From: Eledone cirrhosa
Lineage: Eukaryota
Assembly: GCA_964016885.1 (NCBI GenBank)
Contig: CAXHJY010000803.1
Location: 19,612-83,611, forward strand
Length of the DNA stretch: 64,000 nucleotides
Direction: 5' to 3'
Shown: positions 1-13,457 of the stretch, piece after piece
How positions within the stretch are numbered: the stretch's first letter is position 1
Layout: each line of letters starts with the position of its first letter
Program-made: the position numbers and the translations under genes
Notes under the pieces: generated by a model
Seen by the model: only the letters and a program-made list of their open reading frames with translations
The model's database searches: none
Told to the model about the DNA's origin: nothing

Positions 1-212
1 AGTATGGTCGAAGTGTCGGACAAAATGTTTTGCGGTATTTAGTTTCGACTTTCTATGTTCTGAATTCGTGTGCCGCCGAGATCCCCTCTGCTTTCTGTCC
101 TTCCGTGGTCGATAAAATATAGTACCAGTTAAATACTGAGGGATCGATATAATTGATCCCCCCCCCCTTCCCAAATAAAATGCTGGCTTTGTGCCTAAAT
201 TAGAAACCAATT
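1..212 (+). mobile_element. Degenerate copy of dominant tRNA-derived SINE (Nin/Deu-like core)
   Basis: Contains tccttccgtggtcgataaaatatagtaccagt and tail gctggctttgtgcctaaattagaaac, matching cleaner copies such as 23156-23342. Confidence 0.75.
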
Positions 213-379
213 TTAGTCTAGTTCTTCTGTTGTACACTTTTCTAATTTAATCTTTCATTTTTTCCCGTGTTTTATCATATCACTTTCAACTATTCTCTCA
301 TATTTCTATGAATGGTTATCTTCTAATTCTTTCATTCCAACGTCTGTCTCTAACTCTAATTAATTTACCGCCATATAGA

Positions 380-800
380 GTAGCTTTAACGTTTAATCCC
401 ATGACCAGTTTGATGTCAGAACTCAATTTATTTATAGTTTTCAGTACGTTATTCAGTTTTGTTTTGTGTTTTCTGTTTTGAATATAATTTTACTCCATCC
501 ATACAAATCGTAGTAGTTTGTTTATAGAATTTGTAGCTATTAGTGATTTGATTTAGTAAATGTATTAAGGGATATAGATTTTGACAAAAAGGACTCTCCT
601 TGAAAAATTCCTCTTCCTATGGAGTTCTTTATAAACTTTATTTTGCTGGTTTATTGATATTTTCTATGATGTCATGTTGCGGTTGATATGTCGCTTTTGT
701 ATTGTAGCTGCATGATTTATGTGGAGTGTCTTCAACATTAAGAAGTGTGGTATGCTGTCAAAGGTTTTTAGTTAATCCATGTCAAGCTCACAATAGCTGT
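380..800 (-). pseudogene. Decayed non-LTR reverse transcriptase fragment, R4/Dong-like
   Basis: Minus-strand motifs in the correct RT order: WIN*K/FDSIPH (745-780, cf. WIDYKKAFDSVPH), GRGIFQGES (591-620), MDGVKLY (481-510, cf. YMDDIKLY), then KLNNVLKTINKLSSDIKLVMGL. Has stops and frameshifts. Confidence 0.75.
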
Positions 801-1104
801 CCTCACTAACTGCGGTGTAGCAATGGAGTTTCTTTACATTTCTATATTCTGTTATATTACATGATTTTTTACTATCATCGCTGTTGTCAGGGATTTATAG
901 TTCCCTACCATAAATGTCCGATGGTATCTTAACTCTTGATTCTAAAGAGAATTAGTGGTGGACAAAAATGACAACGTCCTAGGAAATATTCTAGAGATCG
1001 ATCTGAATTAGATCGATCTCTGAGGGTTTTCAGTCAAAGAAGTAACCGTGAACAACTTCTAGAAATGATAGTCGTGATATCGTTACAGGTTAGATATAGA
1101 AGCT

Positions 1105-1135
<31 letters not shown>

Positions 1136-1140
<5 letters not shown>

Positions 1141-1310
1141 AACAAGTATGACCCCGACGGCAGAACTCAAGCCGTTTCGACGGCTATTTCTGAGTCCAGA
1201 AATAGCCGTCGGGGTCATACTTGTTCCTATTACCCACTCTACTACACTAAGTATTGAGTACTTTGGTGCGTTATGGTCCATCTGGTTCCTTAACACAATT
1301 CTTTCGTTAT
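1136..1310 (+). mobile_element. Penelope-like LTR fragment with fold-back end and partial hammerhead, inserted in (TA)n
   Basis: Arms 1136-1161 and 1205-1230 are reverse complements; inner hairpin 1178-1211; the 3' tail is shared with 15426-15535 and 40036-40256; flanked by (TA)n on both sides. Confidence 0.6.
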
Positions 1311-3090
1311 ATATATATGTGTGTATGTGTATATGTGTGTATGTGTATATATATGTGTGTATGTGTATATATATATATATGTGTATGTGTGTATATATAT
1401 AATGTGTATGTGTGTATATATATATATGTGTATGTGTGTGTATATATATGTGTATATATATATATATGTATGTGTATATATATATATATGTATGTGTATA
1501 TATATATATGTATGTGTGTATATATATATATATGTATGTGTATATATATATATATGTATGTGTATATATATATATATGTATGTGTATATATATATATATG
1601 TATGTGTGTATATATATATATGTATGTGTGTATATATATATATGTATGTGTATATATATATATGTATGTGTGTATATATATATATGTATGTGTGTATATA
1701 TATATATGTATGTGTATATATATGTATGTGTGTATATATATATATGTATGTGTATATATATATATGTATGTGTATATATATATATGTATGTGTATATATA
1801 TATATGTATGTGTATATATATATATGTATGTGTATATATATATATGTATGTGTATATATATATATGTATGTGTATATATATATATGTATGTGTATATATA
1901 TATATATATATATGTATGTATATATGTATGTGTATATATATATATATATGTATGTATGTGTATGTATGTATGTATATGTATGTATGTATGTGTATGTATG
2001 TATGTATATGTATGTATGTATGTGTATGTATGTATGTATGTATGTATGTATGTATGTGTATATATATATGTGTGTATGTGTATATATGTATGTGTGTATA
2101 TATGTATGTATGTATGTATGTGTGTGTATATATGTATGTATGTGTATATATATATGTATGTATGTATGTGTATATATGTATGTATGTATGTATGTGTATA
2201 TATGTATGTGTATATATGTATGTATGTATATATATGTATGTATGTGTATATATGTATGTATGTGTATATATGTATGTATGTATGTATGTGTATATATATA
2301 TGTATGTATGTATGTATATGTATGTATGTATGTATGTATATATATATATGTATGTATGTATGTGTATATATATGTATGTATGTATGTGTATATATGTATG
2401 TATGTATGTGTATATATGTATGTATGTATGTGTATATATGTATGTATGTGTATATATATATGTATGTATGTGTATATATATATGTATGTATGTGTATATA
2501 TATATGTATGTATGTGTATATTATATATGTGTGTATGTGTATATTATATATGTATCTATGTGTATATTATATATGTATCTATGTGTATATTATATATGTA
2601 TGTATGTGTATATTATATATGTATGTATGTGTATATTATATATGTATGTATGTGTATATTATATATGTATGTATGTGTATATTATATATGTGTGTATGTG
2701 TATATTATGTATGTATGTGTATATATATATGTATGTATGTGTATGTATATATATATATGTATGTATGTGTATGTATATATATATATGTATGTATGTGTAT
2801 GTATATATATATATGTATGTATGTGTATATATATATATATATGTATGTATGTATGTGTATATATATATATATGTATGTATGTGTATATATATATATATGT
2901 ATGTATGTGTATATATATATATATGTATGTATGTGTATATATATATATATGTATGTATGTGTATATATATATATATGTATGTATGTGTATATATGTATGT
3001 GTATATGTGTATATATGTGTATATGTGTATATATGTATGTATGTGTATATATATATATGTATGTATGTATGTATGTGTGTATATATATAG
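1311..3090. repeat. Compound (TA)/(TG)/(TATG) microsatellite, about 1.8 kb
   Basis: Direct reading; produces spurious Y/I/C/V/M ORFs. Confidence 0.97.
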
Positions 3091-3790
3091 ATATAAGTTC
3101 AGAGACGTGTTGCTACTACATGACCTTAGACGCGATGGCCTGAGTCAAACTAAAAAGATATCGGAGAAAGTGGCGCAGAGTTTGACATAACTCTGGGAGG
3201 CTGTGATATTCTGTCACCATTACTGACTCATTATAGCCGACATCAAAGAATCCTGATCACCTGATCCTCCCTCTCTCCTCCTCTCTCTCTCTCCCTTCCA
3301 CTTTCTCTCTCTCTCTCTCTCTCTTCCCCCTCACACACTCTCTGTGTGTCCCTCTGTACCTCCCAGAATACCTTTCCCTCATTCCATTACTCTCCATTTC
3401 TTTCTCTCGTTTCCTTCAATTTAACATGTTTTTTTTTTGTTTTTCCTTATGTTGTTTCTTTCCATTTTAAATTTTCATTCTATAATTTCTGTCTATTTCA
3501 TTTTTCTTACTTTTCCCTTCTACTTTCTTTCATTCAATCTCACTCCTCTTGCTTCTTCTATCTTTCTCTTTCATTCTTCTTCTTCTTCTTCCTTTCTCTC
3601 TTTCCTTCTTCTTCTTCTTCTTCTTCTTCTTCAACCCTTGTCTTCCGTTTATCATTTAGTTCTATCCTCTCCAATATTCTATTTCATTAGTTCAGTATTC
3701 TGTGTTTATTACTATTGTTACAGTTACCAGTCAATTATTCAACGTCTTCTCACAGACGGGTTATATTCTGTGGTACCAGTCCAAAGACAC

Positions 3791-3891
3791 TTCCTACTGA
3801 AGAGAGTCCGGATCTGGAGGTTCCTTATTTATTTTCACCATGGTAGTTCGTGGATGTTTCTTCTCTGAAATTCGAAACAGCTGTATAGGAA
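3791..3891 (+). ncRNA. Type I hammerhead ribozyme motif with long stem II (Penelope-like LTR)
   Basis: Stem I ttccta/taggaa (6 bp), core CTGAAGA 3797-3803, stem II base gagt/attc enclosing about 60 nt, GAAA 3874-3877, palindromic stem III acagctgt, GUA cleavage triplet 3883-3885. Confidence 0.75.
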
Positions 3892-4426
3892 TAGTTTAGA
3901 CATATCTATTAATATAAATAATATTTTTATAGATTACTTTTGTACCTTGTCATATGAATTGCATTATATAATTAGTTTGTTTTCTGTAATATTCTTGCAT
4001 CAGTGAGCTCCGGAATGGCTCTTTCGAATCTTTCAAGCTTTTTACTGAACAATGAAATCGAGATATTTTATTTCGATTTATATATTATATATAATATAAT
4101 ATATATTATATAGTGCTTATATATATATATATATGTGTGTATATATATATATATAAGTATATTTATATACATACAATCATAGGTATGAACATATAGTCTG
4201 TTTCAACGTCACTTATACGTGGGTGTGTATAAGTATTAAAAACAAGACACTCTTATAATTAAACTAATTAACTCCCCAGGAAGAAAATTAATTATAAAAT
4301 AAAAGTCAAAATCGTAGTATTGATTATTACTGATTATTATTACATACAAAATCGCATTATATATTAATGTAACATGATGTATTGTATGTATGCATAAGTA
4401 TATGCCCCCCCCCCTCTCTCTCTCTG

Positions 4427-4464
<38 letters not shown>

Positions 4465-4710
4465 AAGAGAGATAGAGAGAGAGATGTATGTGTTCTTTCT
4501 TTCTGTTCCTTTATTATCAAGCTCTGCACATTATTTAAATTATGAGTTAAACTTGCACCGAGAATGACTTCAGCTTTATAATGCAAACTTAAGTGAAAAG
4601 CCGTTATATAACTCATGACATTGCGCCGAGTGTTAAGTTACTGTTACTTGGGCAACGAGTTCAAATTAAGACTAGGAATATAAGTGAGGGCACAGTTTGT
4701 TACCCTAGTA

Positions 4711-4876
4711 CAGGGCTTCTCGAACTTTTTCAAACGCGGAACCCTTTTTTGGTCCAGAAACTTTTGGGGGAACCCTCAACTCTAACACTGTTATATGGTC
4801 GTAATATAAATATACTCCTATACCTTTTCACGGAACCCCAACCCCTCGTTTGTGGAACCCACTTTGGGAACCACTG
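4711..4876. mobile_element. Non-autonomous hAT (Charlie-like) MITE
   Basis: Ends cagggcttctcgaac ... tttgggaaccactg; 8-bp TSD ccctagta/ccctagaa (7 of 8 match); internal repeated ggaacc motifs. Confidence 0.8.
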
Positions 4877-5592
4877 CCCTAGAAGTCTCCAGCTCCCTGA
4901 CTGTTCAGTCAATACTTGTCAACTATAGTTTTAATATATAGACATGTAAACATGCAGGAAAATACGAATTTCCCTTATCAGAAGACGTGTTTATCATCCA
5001 ACCAACCACAAGGTAACACCTACTTGATGGGCTACTACCACTATCACCACCACCAACACTACCATCACTACCACCACTACCACCACCATCACCACCACTA
5101 CCACCACCATCACCACCACCACCACCACCACCACCACCACTGCCACCACTACGAATTTAACCTTCGGGGATGGTGGAACAGCTGAGTTAATAATTATCAT
5201 TTCTTGTTTTGAAAAGAAGGCGGGGCTCCCTTCCTCCTCCTCCTCCTCCTCCTCCTCCAGCAAAACAACAACAGCAGCAGCAACAGACAACAACAAAACA
5301 TCAAATGTTCTGTAGCAAACATATTTGCATATTTCCCCATATGACCGAAAATTTAGCAAAGGTCAACAAGATATATTTTGGTAACAACTCGATCTGTGTA
5401 TTGGCATTACATTGAATTCCCATGACCCCGAATCCTACATCACAAGACAATCCTCACAAGAAGAATCTCGTCCGTCCACCATTCCTTTTTCACCACTAAC
5501 ACCACTTTATTTGAAATCCCACCAGTAAAACAATTTAGATAATTATTCGTATCGTGCGAGACAGTTCTCGGCTTCCACCATTTCTGATCGTA

Positions 5593-5815
5593 CACAATAC
5601 ATAATGTATAAAATAAGAGTGTCACACACAACCAGAGACCGCATTCAGACATTTGAGATGAACTAAACAATACATAATGTATAAAATAAGAGTGTCACAC
5701 ACAACCAGAGACCGCATTCAGACATTTGAGATGAACTAAACAATACATAATGTATAAAATAAGAGTGTCACACACAACCAGAGACCACATTCAGACATTT
5801 GAGATGAACTAAACC
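5593..5815. repeat. 73-bp tandem repeat, 3 copies
   Basis: acaatacataatgtataaaataagagtgtcacacacaaccagagaccgcattcagacatttgagatgaactaa repeated with one visible substitution. Confidence 0.95.
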
Positions 5816-6207
5816 TCTTCACCCGTATCTCAAAACTGGCCGGGAAATAACCACAGTTCAGTAAAGTATTCAATATGTTTGTAGCGAATAAAAATATTTA
5901 TATTATATAGAAATGACTTCAACATGATTTTCTTGATGATTTCATAGAACTGAAACATCTCTAATCCTGTAGGAGTCATATATTGAAATAAATATCGAAC
6001 TAAATAAATACCAAAATTAAATAATTAAAGTAAATAATTCACGAAATATAAAATGAATAAATAAAGAAAAATAATTAACTAAATTTCTAAAATTGCTAAA
6101 TAAAGAAAGAAACAACAAAATAGATATATAACGAATTAAATATATAACGAATTAAATAATGAGTTAACAGATAATTAACGAACTAAATAAGCAATTAAAT
6201 AATGCAA

Positions 6208-6208
6208 T

Positions 6209-6266
<58 letters not shown>

Positions 6267-7433
6267 TGTGGTTGTCTGTCTGTCTATCGATTTTTGGCAC
6301 ACATCTCCTCTTAGAATCTCTCACGGAATTGCACCGAAATTGCTATACTTGTACATTGAGCCCTAGCGAAGACATCGGAAAAAAAATATTTCAAATTGAC
6401 CCACCCTATGTGACGAAATCGAATATAATGTATCGATTTTTGAGCGTAAGTTATCAGTTATTTCCCTTTGTTCTGTTTACATTGAGCGTCTTACGTAAAA
6501 AATTACGCTGGCTTTCTCAGCGTTTAAAATGACATTAACACAATACACGAACAGTTGTCGAGCCAGCAAAATATTGACCTGCAAAATTCATCAGTTCGAA
6601 CACTAAGCTTCCGTTTTGCTTCATTTCCATTTAAAAGCATTTTAAAATAATATTTTTACTTGAAAACAAGTCTATTTAAAGACTACGTAAAACAAGCAAA
6701 TATGCAAAATTCATCAGTTCGAACACTAAGCTTCCGTTTTGCTTCATTTCCATTTAAAAGCATTTTAAAACAATATTTTTACTTGAAAACAAGTCTATTT
6801 AAAGACTACGTAAAACAAGCAAATATTTCGTAAAAAAAAGCAAAAATTATATAAGTTTATTTAAAATATATGTATCTGTAAATTTCGTTAGGCGTGCAGA
6901 CAGACAGTCGTGCAGAGAGGTGATATACGCGTGCAGACAGACAGTCGTGCAGAGAGGTGATATAGGCGTGCAGACAGACAGTCGTGCAGAGAGGTGATAT
7001 AGGCGTGCAGACAGACAGTCGTGCAGAGAGGTGATATAGGCGTGCAGACAGACAGTCGTGCAGAGAGGTGATATAGGCGTGCAGACAGACAGTCGTGCAG
7101 AGAGGTGATATAGGCGTGCAGACAGACATAACTGATAATTTGGTTATGCTAATGTTTTTCTCTGCGTTGCAGTGTTTACATTTTCGATCTTTGTTAATAA
7201 ATAACCAGTGCAGTTTCTATCCCCAGCATCCTCTTTTGTTATAACATTGGGGTTATCGTTATGTTTTCTTAACTTCATAAGGCATATTGTTGGTTGAGGG
7301 AATATTAATCAAAAACACCACATGCAAGTCTGCACAGTAGACACTACAGTTTTTAAGCCAATAAAGAAACTTAACATTGTAACTTTAACACAGCTACTGA
7401 GCGACCCCGAGCAACGCCGGGCTTTACTGCTAG
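6208..7433 (+). mobile_element. Non-autonomous Helitron
   Basis: 5' A|TC followed by (TA)n and aaaactg...gtctgtctgtc; 3' hairpin cccgagcaacgccggg 8-9 nt before CTAG|T at 7430-7433; no TSD; internal ~122-bp direct duplication (6580-6825). Confidence 0.75.
6890..7128. repeat. 37-bp minisatellite inside the Helitron, about 6.5 copies
   Basis: Unit aggcgtgcagacagacagtcgtgcagagaggtgatat. Confidence 0.95.
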
Positions 7434-7730
7434 TACAGTATATAAAAATATTAAATAACGTCCTAATAAATAATAAATTAAAATGGATATATAACGAATT
7501 ATATAACGAATTATATAAGAAAGACATTAATTAATAACGAAATAATTATATAAATATAACGAAATAATTATATAAATAACAATATGGTTAAATTAACGAT
7601 TTTAAAAGGTAATTACATAAGTAATAAATAAATAAATAAGGAGTTAAATGACCAGGGGCAGTGGAACTGGGGGGAGGCGGCAATGGGGCTATGCCCCCCC
7701 CCCAGTAAATATATTTACAATTTATGAATA

Positions 7731-7833
7731 TTGCCGAGGTTAACTTTGCCTTTCATCCTTACGGGGTCGATAAAATAAAGTACCAGTAATGTACTGGGTA
7801 ATTGCTTGCCTTGTGCCAATAGTAGAAACAATT
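7731..7833 (+). mobile_element. Dominant SINE, 3' half
   Basis: gccgaggttaactttgcctttcatccttacggggtcgataaaataaagtaccagt...ccttgtgccaatagtagaaacaatt. Confidence 0.85.
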
Positions 7834-8231
7834 ATGTAGAAACAGATGTGAGAGATAGATATATATATAGAGAAAGAGGAGGAGAGTTTGGTGGTAATGG
7901 ATATAGAGAGAATGGTTGGAAGAGTGTGTTGTATATATATATAGTTATATATATACGCACACACACACACACCACCACACCACACCACACCACACCACAC
8001 CACACCACACTATCATTACATACGTATCCTAACTGAGCTGTTCGATTCCTATATAACAGAATCAATAAAGATCAAAGAATATCGGTAACAATGCTGATAA
8101 AGATAATATCCCCCCCCCCTCCCCCTCCCACACCTCATTCTTACTCTTTGAGTGAAAAACTTCCCATCAAGCTGTTCGGTTTTTTCTGAAACTTTTTGGG
8201 AACACCTGTGTGATTCGGCTTCTTGATATAT

Positions 8232-8278
<47 letters not shown>

Positions 8279-8445
8279 TCTGTGTATTTTTTATTTGTAT
8301 GAATGTGTGTGTGTGTATGTATGTCTGTGCATGTCTTTATGCTTGTGTGCGTGCGCGTGTGATCTAATGTATATGTATCTGAGTCCATTAATGCTTTTAT
8401 GTTCCTGATTCCTTTTTCATTCTCCTCTCTTTCTCCCCCCCCCCC

Positions 8446-8499
<54 letters not shown>

Positions 8500-8559
8500 C
8501 AATAGTGTAATAACTGCAACAACATCGCAATTTCCCTAACTGTAACAGCCTAACTGTTA

Positions 8560-9080
8560 CCATCCATGCTGCTGGGTTGTATACAATTCCAGTAGATTGT
8601 AAGGTGTATTAACATCAAAAGATTATCACCTGGAACCTTATAACCCCTAATAGTGAGAAACAACACGGAATCTATAATAGGTGTTGATCACGTATTTCTG
8701 TTTCGTATAACCCACAATACTCTGGGGTGGCGTCTAGCGTAGCTAGATTATTCTTTAAAACACTTGACAAATGTTTCCTAAAACCCTATAAGTAATATAG
8801 AATATTTAATAGGCATGCTGTAAAATTACCCTACGTTAAAACTTAGAACCTTGCCCAAAACACAGCTAATATAAACTCCGCTAGATTAAGAAAGGGGCCT
8901 AGAGAATGCAATAATATAACAGTTAACCCTTACAGATCGAACAATTTAACTAACCGTATCGATATATCTCCTAATAACATCACGTCCCATGACACTCTCC
9001 AGCAAGGACAAAATGTTGTACACTCTGACTTTACAAGTGGCCACCTCCACAACTCCAATAGGAATACAACTTAGTAAATA
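8560..9080 (+). pseudogene. Possible highly decayed Penelope ORF fragment (linker and GIY-YIG start)
   Basis: Short translated motifs AGLYT (~8572), KLPYVKT (~8822) and NVVH-DFTSGH..N..NTT (~9012) resemble the PLE TGLY / LPY / NVVY.F.C motifs in the right order, but are very degenerate. Confidence 0.35.
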
Positions 9081-9554
9081 ACAGAGTATAACTGTAGAAA
9101 CCCCGGGATTTGCCCCCCATAAAATAAGTGCTTACAGAATCATATCAAATAGAAGTGTAGAGTGACTACTACTAATACACTATATAGATAGAGAGGGGCA
9201 ACTGACTTTCTTCTCGTTTAATACGTTGATACAGAGAAGGACTTGAACCCAGAGAGCGCGAGTCGAATACCGCTCGATATTCCCCGATGATCCCCGATGT
9301 TCCCCGATGTTCCACCAATTCGCCAACCTTATCTCTCTATATATCCACCCATATTTAAGATAGCAATAAAATAAACAATAAAATATATAAATTGAATACA
9401 GTGATACAGTAATAAAATATATGATAAAAGAATCGATGGCAATAAAATACTCTAAATCTGATGACGATAATAAAATGAAATAAAATTATATGATAATAAA
9501 ATATCCGATAAAATATTAAAATAAAGGAAACCGCCTACATAAGCCAATGAACTT

Positions 9555-10125
9555 ATTAACCTGAATTGAGAAAAGTCAAGGTCATATTCTCCAGGAAAAC
9601 AATGAAGAGAGGAATATATTTTACTATCTAGTAGTTCTGGGGAGAGAAACTTTCTGTATGAAACTTGAAGCGTGTCTATGAGATGTCCAGGAAGCATGGA
9701 TGTGATTCACTAAACTTTACAAACCGATTTCTAATGGAAATTTTCGTGATTAGCGGAATGGAGCTTATCTAAATATTTTCCTGTGAAAGTAATTCACAAA
9801 CTTGCATCAATGATAGAGATAATAATATGGCGAAAAGAACTTCTCACTAATTAATCTATGCACTCGATTCTGAACTCCATCAAGACCAGACAGAATATAA
9901 TGAGAGAAACACGTCTAAATATGCGATCAGTACTCCAGTTTGGAACTTATATTGATTCCATATCAGTGAATTGATCGTTAATGGAATATTTCAAGCTTCT
10001 TTCCTTTGAAAATGGTTTGATGGGGGGAAAAGACTTTACTAACCATGGCAGGGTAGGTCAGTTTATGAAGGAATTCTCCAAACCAAATTTTGTCAAATGC
10101 TATGGAGAAGTCTATATCACTTTCA
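9555..10125 (-). pseudogene. Decayed CR1/L2-group LINE ORF2 fragment
   Basis: Minus-strand IDFSIAFDKIWFGEFLHKL (~10060-10118; cf. LDISKAFDKVWH..LL.KL), ISSKLEY*SHI* (~9923-9958; cf. IRP.LEYCSHIW), and C-terminal HCFPGEYDLDF (~9573-9605). Confidence 0.75.
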
Positions 10126-10665
10126 AAATATAAAAACAATAGTTAAGTATTCAATTACAAGTAATCTATATCAAATCAATTACTATTTCATAAAATCATT
10201 TATATTACCAACAGCAGAGATAACAACAACAACAGTATATCTACATTAGCCTTACTGTCAGCCATACTGAATGCGCCAATAATATCATAAATGTCCTTAT
10301 GAAAACCTGACACTCAAACTGTTTTGTTCTTTCCTTCCCAACAACAAACCCACTCACTACACACATCTTGGAGGAAGCAATCTTGTCATGCCTTACACGA
10401 TATCTCTCTGTAGTGTAATAAATATATTAGTCACGACGTATACCAACTTGTGAATGCTAAGAGGGACAGAAGAGTAACTCAATCTCTGTTGTGATTAATA
10501 ATCGAATTATTTTGATTCAATAAAGCACGTTTTTCTTACGCCCATGTTTCAAAACAGATCAAGTACAGTAAGAAAAGCGTATATGTGTTCTGGAAACACT
10601 AAAAATAAACACATCCCAATCTATGGTTAATGATATAATTTATAGTATAAAATATACATGGATTA

Positions 10666-10778
<113 letters not shown>

Positions 10779-11339
10779 GTATATATATATATTCCTTCAT
10801 AACCTCATATATATATATATATATACAAATGGAGAGAGAGAGATATTATGATAAACTGCAGCTTCTTGAGACCTGAAAACAATTCACGTTTCTGATTATT
10901 CAAAAGATTGAAATAAGAAAGCTGCGTGACAAAATATCCGCAAGTATATCGAAATAGGATTAGTCAGCAGTACATAGACATATTATTAGATATCAAAAGT
11001 AATTAAGAAAATGAAGCGCACATTTATCTATTCTATGCCATGTGTAAAACATACAATATTTCCACTTAATCCTGGGCAAAAACTAATGTTTTCATTTCTT
11101 CTATATCATATGTATAAAATACACTCAAGCAGACGCGGTAGGGGTTATAACTGAAAATAAAAAAAACACGCTGGGATTCGTTCTTTAAACGTCAATGATT
11201 TTATTGACGCTAGAGGCGAAATGTATTTCATACTTAGCTATTTCATTGCGATAATGATTGATAGATAGATAGATAGATAGACACACACGTACACACGTAC
11301 ACATACACACATACATACACGCACACACAGAGCTATTGA

Positions 11340-11760
11340 ATTACAAACGAAAGTTGAAAGATGCGACATGATAGACCAAAGCAAGTTAGCGAAACTCAAG
11401 TGTGAAACTACAAGTAATTAACAAAGATCAACTATTTTAAGAAACGAATATAGAAACTTTCGCAGTGAAGCAAGAATACTCATTAGGCCTGATAAGAGGA
11501 AGTGCTTGAATAACATTACTGATAAAACTAAATAGAGGAGCAGATTAACTTATCAACCAATTAATGAAATTACAGACAACAACCAAGAAAAATGAAGAAC
11601 TCCTAGTTAGATATACCCAGGGCAACCTGTTGACTAAAGATAAAGAAATAAAAACTTGATAGAAATATCACTTGAAGCTGTATTAAATAGACCAATTCTA
11701 CGAAGGGAAGACAACTTTCCCCCAACTAAAAGGGATTGAGACATTGAAACGAGGAAATGT
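11340..11760 (+). pseudogene. Decayed RTE-clade LINE fragment (endonuclease-RT linker)
   Basis: Translates to RPDKRKCLNNITDK, DTQGNLLTKDKEIKT and EAVLNRP, typical of the RTE linker; has stops and frameshifts. Confidence 0.6.
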
Positions 11761-11779
11761 CAGTAACTTAGTTATCAAA

Positions 11780-11930
11780 GGCCAGTTCCAGGCATATATG
11801 CCTGGAACTGGCCGTTGAAACAGCGAGAGTTCAGCCGTCGGGGCCCTGACTCATTATAATATAACCATACTCTACTAACCCAAGTATCGAGTAATGGTGT
11901 AACTAGTTTCTAACTGAATCCATCCTGATT
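11780..11930 (+). mobile_element. Penelope-like LTR remnant, divergent relative of the 1136/40036 family
   Basis: Perfect 34-bp palindrome ggccagttccaggcatatatgcctggaactggcc, then gttgaaac...agccgtcgggg and a tail with actctacta.c.caagtat.gagta ending in (TA)n. Confidence 0.55.
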
Positions 11931-12069
11931 TATATATATATATATATATATATAGGCCTACAAAAGGAATATAATGTACACCGACTTGCTAACATTATAA
12001 CCTCTCACTGCCAAAGCCACTAAAATTTCCAAAGTAGAGAGAATACACAAGATATCGCAGAGTTAAACC

Positions 12070-12230
12070 CACAGCTATTGCTGGTACTCATTTTCAGCTG
12101 AGTATACTGGAGCAACGTGGAATGAAGTGTTTTGCTCAAGAACATAAACAACCCATCCAACCCAGGAATCAAACCCACGGCATTATGATCGTATATCCAA
12201 CACCTTTACCACCAGGTCATGCGCCTCCAC
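12070..12230 (-). mobile_element. tRNA-derived CORE-like SINE
   Basis: Minus strand gtggaggcgcatgacctggtggt (A box)...ggtttgattcc (B box)...ttcttgagcaaaacactt; related copies at 37730 and 59760. Confidence 0.7.
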
Positions 12231-12243
12231 AATATATACGTGC

Positions 12244-12312
<69 letters not shown>

Positions 12313-13314
12313 GGGGAGAGAGAGAGAGAAGGTCAACATGTCTCACACTAAATGACTGCATCACCAGCACTCGATGACTACCCATCCCCTCTCCATCGAA
12401 TAAGAACGCTTGTATAAATACCTTTGCTCTGTACGAGAGTGTGTTTCATTTGTGTGTGTGAGGTTAATTGAAAGTAAATTCTCAACTGCAGGTTATAAAA
12501 GCTAAACTATCTGAAGTCTCCTCAGAGAAAGCTGAGTACAAATTCTAATATATCATCACTTACATCACTGCCATCACTTATAGATTACTTTATCGTCTCC
12601 CATTACAGTAGAGTTACCTCGTTCATTGACATCGCTAGAATGTCATTGACCTCCACAATAAAACTGAACCTCACTGCTGCAAAGAATACTATGGGAATTT
12701 CCTGTTGTGGTGGTTGTTGTTGTGGTGGTGTTGTGGTGGTGGTGGTGGTGATGTTGGTAGTGGGGGTGGGGGTTGAGTTGATGGTGGTGATGATGTTGTG
12801 TTGTGCTGGTGGTGATGTTGTAGTGGGGGGTGGGGGTGGAGTTGGTGGTGGTGGTGTTGCTGCTGTTCTTGTTGTCCCGTTGTTGCTGCTGTTTGTGAGG
12901 CTGGTAAAACAATCCTTATTGCTCCACAATCTTGTGACTGTTTAGCTCCGGCCCTGACAGAGCAGACATATAATCAAACGAATTCTACCGAGGATCACCC
13001 AGGCAATATATTAACAGAATCGATATCTGTTGGTACCTAATTCTTGCACTAATCAATTAATTGTTTTTCTTATTATTTTTTTTTTGTTTTTTTTCTGTTT
13101 TTTTTCCCTATTTGCATTCATTTAATTCTTTCCAAAGTCGACGAAATTTGATATAATATGGTCTTGTAACTCCTCGTGGAGTCGTAGGGACATACATGGT
13201 GTCTTGGACGTGTTAAGCCTGGCAGAGCCTATCCCTCGCCAGGTCTGATCACAGCACAATTCTTTCAGTGAAGGATAGAAGAGAGAGGGAAGCTAGAAAG
13301 AGATATAGAGGAAG

Positions 13315-13457
13315 AATTGACCCCAGTACTTGACTGCTACATTTTATCGACCTCGAAAGGATGAAAGGCAAAGTTAACCTCGTGGGGATTTGAACGGAAG
13401 AAATACCACAAAACATTCTCTCCGATGTTCTAACGACTCTGCCAATTCGCCACCTTA
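13315..13457 (-). mobile_element. Dominant SINE, degenerate
   Basis: ttttatcgacctcgaaaggatgaaaggcaaagttaacctcgtggggatttgaac. Confidence 0.75.

Noticed and set aside
1254-3190. Long ORFs of 589-629 aa (and similar at 16706, 19543, 35484, 54699, 62520)
   Set aside because: Translations of TA/TG/CA microsatellites that lack stop codons in several frames at once; no domain content.
9225-9290. Degenerate hammerhead downstream of the putative Penelope ORF (also 28390-28445)
   Set aside because: Both core boxes deviate and the stems are incomplete; cannot be distinguished from chance.
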